Shown here piece after piece: positions 9,403-17,044 of a DNA stretch of 19,000 nt. The notes beneath the pieces are model-generated. The model saw only the letters and a program-made list of their open reading frames with translations, was not told where the DNA came from and ran no database searches. Each line of letters begins with the position of its first letter. Within the stretch, counting starts at the first letter, position 1. Origin of the DNA: a bacterium (lineage in GTDB: Bacteria; Eisenbacteria; RBG-16-71-46); the NCBI GenBank assembly GCA_043779265.1, contig JAYWEM010000131.1, forward strand, positions 1 through 19,000, read 5' to 3'. A program made the position numbers and the translations under genes.

Positions 9403-10602
9403 ATGCTCGCTGCCGCCTCGCCCACCGCATTCGGCCACGCGCTGCTCGAGGAGTGGCAGCTCGAACCGGGGTTGCTCTATCTGAACCACGGCACCGTGGG
9501 CGCGACGCCGAGGCGCGTGCTCGCCGAGCAGCAGCGGATCCGTGACGAGATCGAGCTGCACCCCTCGCGATACCTGCTCCGCGAGCTCTCGGCAGTCAGT
9601 TCGGGTTCCTCGACGCGCGGCCAGCCGCGCCTGCGCGAGGCAGCGGACGTCGTCGCGCGGTTCGTCGGCGCGAAGGGTGAGGACCTGGTGTTCGTGGACA
9701 ACACGACCGCCGGTGTGAACGCCGTGCTCCGGTCGCTCGACTGGCGAGAGGGCGACGAGATCGTGCTCGCGGACGTGGCCTACGGGGCGATCACGCTCGC
9801 GGCCCGCTACGTGGCGCGGCAGCACGGCGCACAGGTGAGGTTGTTCGACCTGCCCTACCCGATCACCGATCCGCAGCAGGTGGTGGACGCGTTCGTCGCG
9901 GCGCTCACGCCGCGCACGCGCCTCGTCATCGTGGATCACATCGCCTCGGAGTCGGCGCTGCTGTTGCCGGTGCGCGAGATCGCGGAGCACTGCCGCGCTC
10001 GCGGCGTCCTCGTGCTGGTCGATGGCGCCCACGCCCCCGGCGCACTGGCGCTCGACCTGCCGTCGCTCGGCGTGGACTGGTACACGGGCAACCTGCACAA
10101 GTGGGGGATGACGCCTCGCTCGAGCGCGATCCTGTGGGCGCCGCCCGCGAGGCAGAAGGACCTGCACCCGCCGGTCATCTCATGGGGACTCGACCAGGGT
10201 TTCGCGACCGAGTTCGACTGGGCCGGGACGCGCGACCCATCGCCCCACCTCTCGGCGCCGGCAGCGATCTCGTTCATGGAGTGGCTGGGACTCGAGCGAA
10301 TGCGCTCGTACAACCACGACCTGGTATGGCAGGGCGCGAACCAACTCGCCGCGCGCTGGGGCGTGAGTCTCGGGATGCCGCGCGAGATGGTGGGCTGCAT
10401 GGCGACGGTCACTTTGCCGGAACATGCGGGCTCGACTCGAGAGCAGGCGGCAGCACTGCGGCATGCGCTCCTCTACGAGGACCGCATCGAGGTGCCCATC
10501 CACGCGTGGCGCGGCCGACTGTGGACGCGCCTGTCGGCGCAGGTCTACAACGAGGCCTCCGACTGGGAGCGGCTCGGCGAGGCGATCGACCGCCGGATCT
10601 GA
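9403..10602 (+). CDS. Aminotransferase class V PLP enzyme (isopenicillin N epimerase / L-cysteine desulfhydrase / Egt2-like C-S lyase)
   Basis: Motifs YLNHGTVGATP, VFVDNTTAGVNAVL, LVDGAHAPG, YTGNLHKW (PLP lysine), WAGTRDPS, RLSAQVYN. GGAG upstream of ATG 9403. Confidence 0.9.
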   Translation: MLAAASPTAFGHALLEEWQLEPGLLYLNHGTVGATPRRVLAEQQRIRDEIELHPSRYLLRELSAVSSGSSTRGQPRLREAADVVARFVGAKGEDLVFVDNTTAGVNAVLRSLDWREGDEIVLADVAYGAITLAARYVARQHGAQVRLFDLPYPITDPQQVVDAFVAALTPRTRLVIVDHIASESALLLPVREIAEHCRARGVLVLVDGAHAPGALALDLPSLGVDWYTGNLHKWGMTPRSSAILWAPPARQKDLHPPVISWGLDQGFATEFDWAGTRDPSPHLSAPAAISFMEWLGLERMRSYNHDLVWQGANQLAARWGVSLGMPREMVGCMATVTLPEHAGSTREQAAALRHALLYEDRIEVPIHAWRGRLWTRLSAQVYNEASDWERLGEAIDRRI

Positions 10603-10889
10603 AGGTGGCGCGTGAGGCACGCGGGGTCGCGGGCTGGTGATGCGAGCGTTCGCGCGGAGTCGATTTTCCGCTTGACGCCCTTGCGTGACCAGTCTGCCGC
10701 GCCGTCCGAGTGCTTCGCTCACGCGGGCCCCATCGACCGACGGCGCCGTGTCGTGGGTGCGCAGCGGCAGTTTCGTCGAAGTTCGCCGGGCGGTCCGCGT
10801 TTCGCGTGAGACGGCCAAGTATGGACGCCGCAAACACGCATGCTATGAATGGCATGCGCCCTCGCGACTCGCCCCCGCGGACCACTGCC

Positions 10890-12192
10890 ATGCGCGCGCT
10901 CTCGCACCTCGCCGATCATGTGCTCTTGCACGACCTCAAGGCGCTCGTCACCCGTGAACGCGGCACCATCGCCGAACTGCTGTCGCATCTGGCCGAGGCG
11001 GAAGAGCGGCGGCTGCATCTGCCGGCCGCCTACCCGTCGATGCACGCCTACTGCGTGGGCGAGCTGCGGATGTCCGGCGTCGAGGCGTTCAAGCGCATCC
11101 AGGCGGCACGAGCTGCTCGTCGGTTCCCCGCGATCCTCGAAGCGGTTGCGGCTGGGCGACTGCACTTGAGCGCCGTGCTCCAACTGGCGCCACACCTGAC
11201 CCTCGAGTCGGCGGACGAGTTGATCGCGGCGGCCGCCCACCGGAGCAAGGCCGAAGTGGCGCTGCTGATCGCCCGGCACCGTGCGAGAGTGGACGAGACA
11301 CAACAGGTTCCGGAACCCGTTGGATTCCTTGAGATTTCGAAGGTTCTGGTTTCGGCTGACTCCGCCAGCGCAACCGCGGCCTCTCCGGTGTGCGATCCAG
11401 CCGCTCCCCCGAGCCTCGAAGCTCTGGCCGCCCGTGCGTCCGAGCGCTTCGAACTCCGCGTCACACTCGACCAGGAGGCCCACGACCTCCTGCAATACGC
11501 CAGAGGCTTGCTCGGTCACGCGATTCCCAGCGGCGACCTCGCGATGGTGCTCAAGCGCTCGCTGGCGAAGTTGGTCGAGGCTGAGGAGAAGCGCATCTTT
11601 GCCGCCCACTGCCGCCCACTGCCGCAGGCGGCCTCGGCGTGGGGCTCCCAGCGGCCGGTATGTGCCTGCCGACGTGCGCCGCGAAGTCTGGGCTCGCGAT
11701 GGCGGCCGATGCACGTTCACCAGTGAGTCGGGCATGCGCTGCCCGTCGCGAATGCGCGTCGAGTTCGACCACGTCACTCCCGTGGCGAGCGGCGGCGAAT
11801 CGACGGTGGCCAACCTGCGGCTCTGCTGTCGAGCGCACAACCAGTACAGAGCCGATCGCGCTTTCGGCGTGGAGTTCATGAAGGGCAAGCGCGAGGCGGC
11901 GGCCCAGCCGGCCTCGGGTCCCGCGATGAGTGCTCCCTGCGCGTGCGCCGCTTCCTCAGCACCGAGCGCACCTGCCCCAGGGCAGGCGGATCTCGCCGCG
12001 CGCCGCGCCGAGTTGACCCCGTGGCTCCGCAAGCTGGGGCTGCGCGTCGACGAGGCGAAGCGAGGGGCGGCCCTGTGCGATGCGCTCGCCGGCGATACGC
12101 TCGAACGACGAGTGAAGTTCGCGCTGTCCGGACTCGCCCGCGAACGCTTCCGGCTCGCACCTCGGGCTCCACTCAGCGATTCGTCGTCTTGA
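10890..12192 (+). pseudogene. DUF222-like/HNH endonuclease gene split by a +1 frameshift (10-bp duplication at 11601-11620)
   Basis: The N-terminal frame carries HLAEAEERRLHLPAAYPSMHAYCVGELRMS...KRIQAARAARRFP...GRLHLSAV. The second frame carries RYVPADVRREVWARDGGRC...C...EFDHVTPVASGGESTVANLRLCCRAHN (HNH). Deleting one GCCGCCCACT copy joins them into a 430-aa ORF. Start uncertain (in-frame ATGs at 10821, 10845, 10854, 10890). Confidence 0.85.
11601..11625 (+). repeat. Exact 10-bp tandem duplication GCCGCCCACT x2 plus GCCGC
   Basis: Read directly from the sequence. It coincides with the frame switch in the HNH gene. Confidence 0.95.
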
Positions 12193-12268
12193 TCCGTCCC
12201 CAACGGGTCGGTGTCGTCGACGGCTCCGGAGCCAGTCAGGACACGTCCTCACGCACTCGGCGAAACGC

Positions 12269-13447
12269 TCACGCCTCTCGGCGCACCAGCATCGCCGTCA
12301 CGTCATCCTCGAACGGCTTGCCGGGGCAGTGCGAGGCGAGCCGGTCGAACAGGTCGCGCACCGCCTGCTCGGCAGGCAGCTTGCGCGCGTCCTTGAGCCA
12401 CCGCCGAAGGCCCTTCATGCCGAAGGGCTCGACGTCGTAGCCCAGGCCGCGCTCGATCACGCCGTCGGAGTACAGGACCAGCGCGGCGCCGCGATCGATG
12501 TGGCCGTAGCCGAGCGTGAAGGGGGTCTCGGGATCGGGGCCCAGTACCATGCCGCCGACATCCAGCTCGGTGATGCCCGCCTCGTCGATCAACAGGCCCG
12601 GCGGGTGGCCGGCGTTGATGTAGGTGAGCGTCCCGTTGGCCTCGAGCTCGGCGAAGATGAGCGAGATGAACCGAGACGACAGGCCGCTGCGATGGATGAC
12701 GCGATTGAGTCGACGGAACAGCGTCGAGAGCCGGAGGTCCTGCTCGACGCCCATGCGCAGACCGACCGCCGCGTCACGCGCCTGCAGCGCCGCCGGGAGT
12801 CCGTGTCCCGCGGCGTCAGCGACGGCGAGCCCCACGACGCCCTTCGAGATGGGGAGGAAGTCGTAGAGATCCCCGCCCACCGTCTGTGCCGGGACGCTGT
12901 AGGCGAACACGTCGTAACCCTCGAACGCCAGCGCACCGGGCGGCAGCAGGCTCATCTGGATCGCACGCGCCTGCTCGATCAGGTCCTCGAGCACGCTGCG
13001 CTCCAAGTGCTGCCGCATCGCATACAGGATCGAATTGGTCGCCGAGAACAGTTCGCTCTTGCTCGGGCCGCGATCGAGCGCGCCGCGCGCCGGGCCGAAC
13101 AGCGCCATCAAGGGACCCTCGTGACTGCCGACGCCGAGCAGGCTGACGCGGCCCGAGGCGAGATCGCCCACCCACGGCAGCTCGCGGATGCCGTCGTCCC
13201 CTGTGCTGGCGAAGCGACGGGCGAGGTCGGTCCCGATCTCGGGACGATCGGCGCCGAATCGCTTGGGAGGCGCGAAGCCCTCCTTGCGCCGCTCGTAGAC
13301 GTGGATCGCCACGATCCCGAGCGGCTTACCGAGCACTTCGAGAAGCGGGTCGGCGATGCGCGCTGCGAATCGGCCCGGATCGCGCACGCGGCGTGCGTCG
13401 GTGAACACGCGCTCGAGGCGCCGATAGAAACTCTTGGACTGGATCAT
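12269..13447 (-). CDS. PP2C-type (SpoIIE/RsbU-like) Ser/Thr protein phosphatase with an unrecognised N-terminal domain
   Basis: Motifs ARAIQMSLLP, VGGDLYD, VADAAGHG, YINAGHPP, LYSDGVIE, EDDVTAM. GAGG 6 nt before ATG 13447, and a TAGAGT -10-like hexamer at 13490-13485. Confidence 0.92.
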   Translation of the reverse strand: MIQSKSFYRRLERVFTDARRVRDPGRFAARIADPLLEVLGKPLGIVAIHVYERRKEGFAPPKRFGADRPEIGTDLARRFASTGDDGIRELPWVGDLASGRVSLLGVGSHEGPLMALFGPARGALDRGPSKSELFSATNSILYAMRQHLERSVLEDLIEQARAIQMSLLPPGALAFEGYDVFAYSVPAQTVGGDLYDFLPISKGVVGLAVADAAGHGLPAALQARDAAVGLRMGVEQDLRLSTLFRRLNRVIHRSGLSSRFISLIFAELEANGTLTYINAGHPPGLLIDEAGITELDVGGMVLGPDPETPFTLGYGHIDRGAALVLYSDGVIERGLGYDVEPFGMKGLRRWLKDARKLPAEQAVRDLFDRLASHCPGKPFEDDVTAMLVRREA

Positions 13448-13519
13448 GGCAGGCCTCGCCGCGAGGGGGTGGGACGGGGGCGGCACTCTACACGGACGGG
13501 CCGCGGTGCGCCCGATGAC

Positions 13520-14413
13520 TCAGGAATCCTGCGGATCGAGCGGTTCGAGTTCGCTCTCATCCGACGTCTCCCACGCGATCCGGATGTTCCCGGCGTGGAT
13601 CGGATTCGTCGGGTAGACGGGATCGTCCTTGCCCAGATAGTCCAGGCGGATGAGTTCGGCCTCGGCCGCCTCGAGCGAGGCACCTCGTGCCCGCTGTGCG
13701 GCGATGGCGGACTCGAGGGCGAGCACGTAGTCGATATCGCGCAGCAGTCGGCGATACGCCTCGAGTCGGCCGAGCGCAGGTGAGCCGTGGCCCGGCACGA
13801 GCACACGGATGTCCTCCTGCTCCATCACCCAGTGGAGCTGCGTCAGCGTGCGGCGATAGACCCAGGGCGCGGCATCGAGCCAGGGGATCTCGATGTCCGA
13901 CAACAGGTCGCCCGCTGCGAACACGCGCTGCTCGGGGAACCAGAACGCCAGGTGACTCGAACAGTGTCCTGGCGTGTCGTGCGCGATGATCGAGAACGGG
14001 CCGAGCTCGATACCCGCCGTGCCGCGCACGGCGTGCGAGGGGCGGAACGGCTCGAATCGGCTGGGCCAGACTTCGCCCGCCTCGCTCGCATGCTGTTCCG
14101 CCTCGCGGCGGATGGAGTCGACATCGCGATCGGCCTCGTCGTGGAATCCGACGTGCGCGATGGTGGCGGCGGCCGGGAACCACGGCCGACCCAGCAGGTG
14201 ATCCCAGTGCGGATGCGTCAGCGCCAGCACCACGCGGTCGAATCGCGGAGTCGAGCGGGCGACGCGCCGGCTGATGTCATCCAGCTCGCTCGGCAGGACC
14301 CCGGGATCCACGATCACCGACCAGTCGCCCTGTTCGAGCACGAGGCTGTTCATGTCGACGACCTGGCTGCGGCGCACCCAGACGCCCTGTCCGAGGTCGG
14401 TCCAGGCGCTCAC
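13520..14413 (-). CDS. MBL-fold metallo-hydrolase
   Basis: Motifs IVDPG, THPHWDH (HxHxDH), TPGHC, AAGDL, LVPGHG. The GTG start at 14413 overlaps the BMP stop (GTGA), implying translational coupling. Confidence 0.9.
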   Translation of the reverse strand: MSAWTDLGQGVWVRRSQVVDMNSLVLEQGDWSVIVDPGVLPSELDDISRRVARSTPRFDRVVLALTHPHWDHLLGRPWFPAAATIAHVGFHDEADRDVDSIRREAEQHASEAGEVWPSRFEPFRPSHAVRGTAGIELGPFSIIAHDTPGHCSSHLAFWFPEQRVFAAGDLLSDIEIPWLDAAPWVYRRTLTQLHWVMEQEDIRVLVPGHGSPALGRLEAYRRLLRDIDYVLALESAIAAQRARGASLEAAEAELIRLDYLGKDDPVYPTNPIHAGNIRIAWETSDESELEPLDPQDS

Positions 14414-15429
14414 GGAGTGGTCGGGACCTCGATCCTGCCCGCGATGATCTCCTGCTTCAGCGAATCGACACGCGCCTTGACCGCATCGGGGATCAGCGAC
14501 TTGTTGCGCTCGTCGTACACCCACGTCACGCCCTCGGTGTCGAGCCCGAACGTGCGGACGCCGCCGGTCCAGCGGCCCTCGCGCACTTCGCGCACCGTCT
14601 CGAACACGGCGGTGTCGACACGCTTGACCATCGACGTGAGGATGAAGCCCGGTGCTTCGTCGTACTGATCCGAGTCGACGCCGATCGCCAGCTTGCCGGT
14701 CTCGCGCGCCGCCTCGAACACGCCGAGCCCGGTCGAGCCGGAGGCGTGATAGACGATGTCGGCGCCCGCTTGGTACTCGGCGAGGCCGAGCTCCTTGCCC
14801 TTGGTGGGATCGCGGAACGCCTCGCCGGTGGAGCCGGCGTACTTCACGAGCACTTGCGCGCTCGGGTTCACGGCCTTCACGCCCGCCACGTAGCCCGCCT
14901 GGAACTTGCGGATGAGCGGGATGTCCATGCCGCCGACGAAGCCGACCTTGCCGGTCTTGGTGAGCAGTCCGGCGAGCGCACCCACCAGGAAGCTGCCCTG
15001 TTCCTCGCGGAACTTGAGCGCCACCAGGTTCGGCGGCAGGACGTCGCCGTCCTGGACCGTCATGTCGACGCAGGCGAACTTCTTGTCGGGGAACTCCTTG
15101 GCCAGCGCCAGCACGTCGTCGGTGAACAGGAATCCGACACCGAACACGAGCGGGGCATCGCCGGCGGCGAGCTGACGCAACTGCGGCTCGCGATCCGCGC
15201 CCTCATTGGTCTCGAGCGTCGTGAACGAGATCCCGAGCTCCTGCTTCGCCTGCTCGAGCCCGGCATAGGCGGCGTCATTGAAGGACTTGTCGCCCCGGCC
15301 ACCGATGTCGAACACGAGGCCGACGTGCATGGAGCCGGCGTCAGTCGTGGCGGGCTTCTCAGCGCTTGGCGCGCACCCGCTTGCGAGGAGCAGGACGGAT
15401 AGCAGTGCGGCGGCGGGGCTTCGGCGCAT
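14410..15429 (-). CDS. BMP family ABC substrate-binding lipoprotein (PnrA/TmpC/NupN-like, probably nucleoside-binding)
   Basis: GGAGG RBS, lipobox LASG-C. Motifs [55 protein letters not shown]. Confidence 0.95.
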   Translation of the reverse strand: MRRSPAAALLSVLLLASGCAPSAEKPATTDAGSMHVGLVFDIGGRGDKSFNDAAYAGLEQAKQELGISFTTLETNEGADREPQLRQLAAGDAPLVFGVGFLFTDDVLALAKEFPDKKFACVDMTVQDGDVLPPNLVALKFREEQGSFLVGALAGLLTKTGKVGFVGGMDIPLIRKFQAGYVAGVKAVNPSAQVLVKYAGSTGEAFRDPTKGKELGLAEYQAGADIVYHASGSTGLGVFEAARETGKLAIGVDSDQYDEAPGFILTSMVKRVDTAVFETVREVREGRWTGGVRTFGLDTEGVTWVYDERNKSLIPDAVKARVDSLKQEIIAGRIEVPTTP

Positions 15430-16042
15430 CGGAACCTCCGGATTCGGATGACGGGGCGGGCGGCCAAGGTGTGGCCCGGCGTCCGAGCACCCAGCAGTGG
15501 CGACAGCGGGCTTCATAGAGATCGGAGCCACCGACGACGACGCGGCCGCCCTTCGCCACCTTGCGATAGGTGCGATTGGCGGGAGCGCCGCAGATGACGC
15601 AGATGGCGAGTGTCTTGGTGATGTACTCGGCGACGGCGAGCAGTTGCGGCATCGGCTCGAAGGGTTTGCCGAGGTAGTCCTGGTCGAGTCCGGCGATGAT
15701 GACGCGCTTGCCCTGACCGGCGAGCCTCTCGGCCACTTCGAGCAGGCCGGGGCCGAGGAACTGGCCCTCATCGATCCCGATCACCTGCGCCTCGTGCGCA
15801 TGCTTCAGGATCTCGCTCGCGGTCTTCACCATGCGAGACGGGATCCGGATCTCGCTGTGCGAGACGATGTGGTCCTTGGCATAGCGGGTGTCGACGGCGG
15901 GCTTGAAGATCTCGACGCGCTGGCGCGCGATCTGGGCGCGCCTCAGCCGACGGATCAACTCCTCCGTCTTGCCGCTGTACATGCTGCCGACGATGACTTC
16001 GATCCAGCCGGACTGGGGCAGGTGAAGTAGGGGCTCGGCCAT
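15359..16042 (-). CDS. tdk: Thymidine kinase (TK1-like)
   Basis: P-loop [44 protein letters not shown]. Zinc ligands CVIC and CRHC, plus [11 protein letters not shown]. Confidence 0.97.
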   Translation of the reverse strand: MAEPLLHLPQSGWIEVIVGSMYSGKTEELIRRLRRAQIARQRVEIFKPAVDTRYAKDHIVSHSEIRIPSRMVKTASEILKHAHEAQVIGIDEGQFLGPGLLEVAERLAGQGKRVIIAGLDQDYLGKPFEPMPQLLAVAEYITKTLAICVICGAPANRTYRKVAKGGRVVVGGSDLYEARCRHCWVLGRRATPWPPAPSSESGGSDAPKPRRRTAIRPAPRKRVRAKR

Positions 16043-16050
16043 GAAAAGTC

Positions 16051-16079
16051 ACGCTAAACTCGCCTGTGCCAAGCGTCAA
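16051..16079 (-). promoter_or_regulatory. Putative sigma70 promoter for the tdk-BMP-MBL operon (leaderless or near-leaderless)
   Basis: Minus strand TTGACG (16079-16074) - 17 nt - TAGCGT (16056-16051), 8 nt before the tdk ATG. Confidence 0.7.
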
Positions 16080-16092
16080 CAGCATGGGTCGT

Positions 16093-16130
16093 TGGCCTGC
16101 GAACCGTCTGGCCTGCGAACCGTCTGGCCT
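16093..16130 (+). repeat. 16-bp tandem repeat TGGCCTGCGAACCGTC x2 plus TGGCCT in the divergent promoter region
   Basis: Exact copies at 16093-16108 and 16109-16124, partial copy at 16125-16130. Confidence 0.95.
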
Positions 16131-16261
16131 CGCTGGGGTGGACGCGCTAACCTGTGCACGGCAGTCGACCCTGCGCACGACCCGTTCGCGATTCCCCCGA
16201 CGCGCCCGAGCGCACGCGCTCTCAGAAGATGCGCATCCTTCCGTCCTATTGGAGGCCCCTC

Positions 16262-16972
16262 ATGAATCGTCTTGTCACTCGGCTGTTCACGTTGCTCGCC
16301 GTCAGCACGCTCGTCGCCACGACGGCGATGGCGGTTCCGAACACGGGCACGTACACGTCCACCGATCTCGGCGGTCAGTTGCTCACCGGGCGTGCGAGCA
16401 CGCACCGCACCGGCATCAACTCGGGTCTGCCGCATGTGCTGCATGCGCAGTCGTGGACGGGCGCTGTGCTCGGGACGCAGTGGCAGACGCGCTGCGCCAC
16501 GAACAATGTCGGCTTCGGCACGAACGATCTGCGTAACGCCAGTGGCACCGGCGTCGTGATCTACACGTCGGCCTACACGGGCGGTCAGTTCGAACTCTTC
16601 AACACGGGCGGGGCCTGGGGCGATGGAGTCGCGACGCTCGGCACCACGACGATCGTCTCCACGGTGCAGTTCGTGAACTGGCTGCCGGTGGCTTCGGTCG
16701 TCAACGGCAACACGTCCGGCGTGTTCGCCGGCGGCTGCGCGCTGACGTTCGGGATCGCCAACGGATTCGGTGCCGGTGAGACGACCAGTCTGAACCCGGC
16801 GATCACCAAACCCGCCGACTATCCGTACTTCATGGATGCCACCTGCGGCCCGGCATCCGCCGCGCAGCAGTTCGGCACTTGGGGTTCGGTCATCTCGATG
16901 ACGATGGCGATCGACTGCGTCACGTCGGCGCGTCCCACGACCTGGGGCTCGCTGAAGACGCAGTACCGCTAG
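16262..16972 (+). CDS. Secreted Thr/Gly-rich hypothetical protein (236 aa, 4 Cys) with C-terminal TTWGSLKTQYR tail
   Basis: GGAGG before ATG 16262. Signal peptide MNRLVTRLFTLLAVSTLVATTAMA. Strong GC3 bias and a downstream hairpin. Confidence 0.88.
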   Translation: MNRLVTRLFTLLAVSTLVATTAMAVPNTGTYTSTDLGGQLLTGRASTHRTGINSGLPHVLHAQSWTGAVLGTQWQTRCATNNVGFGTNDLRNASGTGVVIYTSAYTGGQFELFNTGGAWGDGVATLGTTTIVSTVQFVNWLPVASVVNGNTSGVFAGGCALTFGIANGFGAGETTSLNPAITKPADYPYFMDATCGPASAAQQFGTWGSVISMTMAIDCVTSARPTTWGSLKTQYR

Positions 16973-16995
16973 ATCCCAAGCTCCAGGTAGTTCTC

Positions 16996-17029
16996 GACGG
17001 CGCCTCGCTACCCACCGCGAGGCGCCGTC
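16996..17029 (+). terminator. Probable intrinsic terminator
   Basis: Perfect 13-bp stem GACGGCGCCTCGC / GCGAGGCGCCGTC with an 8-nt loop, followed by TTCTAT, 23 nt after the stop at 16972. Confidence 0.7.
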
Positions 17030-17044
17030 TTCTATGGTGCGGGC

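Noticed and set aside
10890..12192. IscB/Cas9-like RNA-guided nuclease or programmed ribosomal frameshift
   Set aside because: No RuvC motifs or PLMP N-terminus and no slippery heptamer at the junction. The 10-bp duplication fully explains the shift.
12329..13783. 484-aa plus-strand ORF
   Set aside because: Antisense to the motif-complete PP2C and MBL genes.
9403..14413. Beta-lactam biosynthesis or resistance cluster (CefD-like enzyme plus MBL fold)
   Set aside because: Both folds are widespread and multifunctional. The genes are on opposite strands and unlinked, the MBL lacks a signal peptide, and there is no NRPS or IPNS gene.
15430..15771. Long N-terminal extensions in the ORF track (BMP from 15771; also 8282, 9179, 10710, 14524, 16154)
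   Set aside because: RBS or promoter positions, signal peptides and gene overlaps support the shorter starts given above.
16093..16130. CRISPR array
   Set aside because: The repeats are contiguous 16-mers without spacers, and no cas genes are present.
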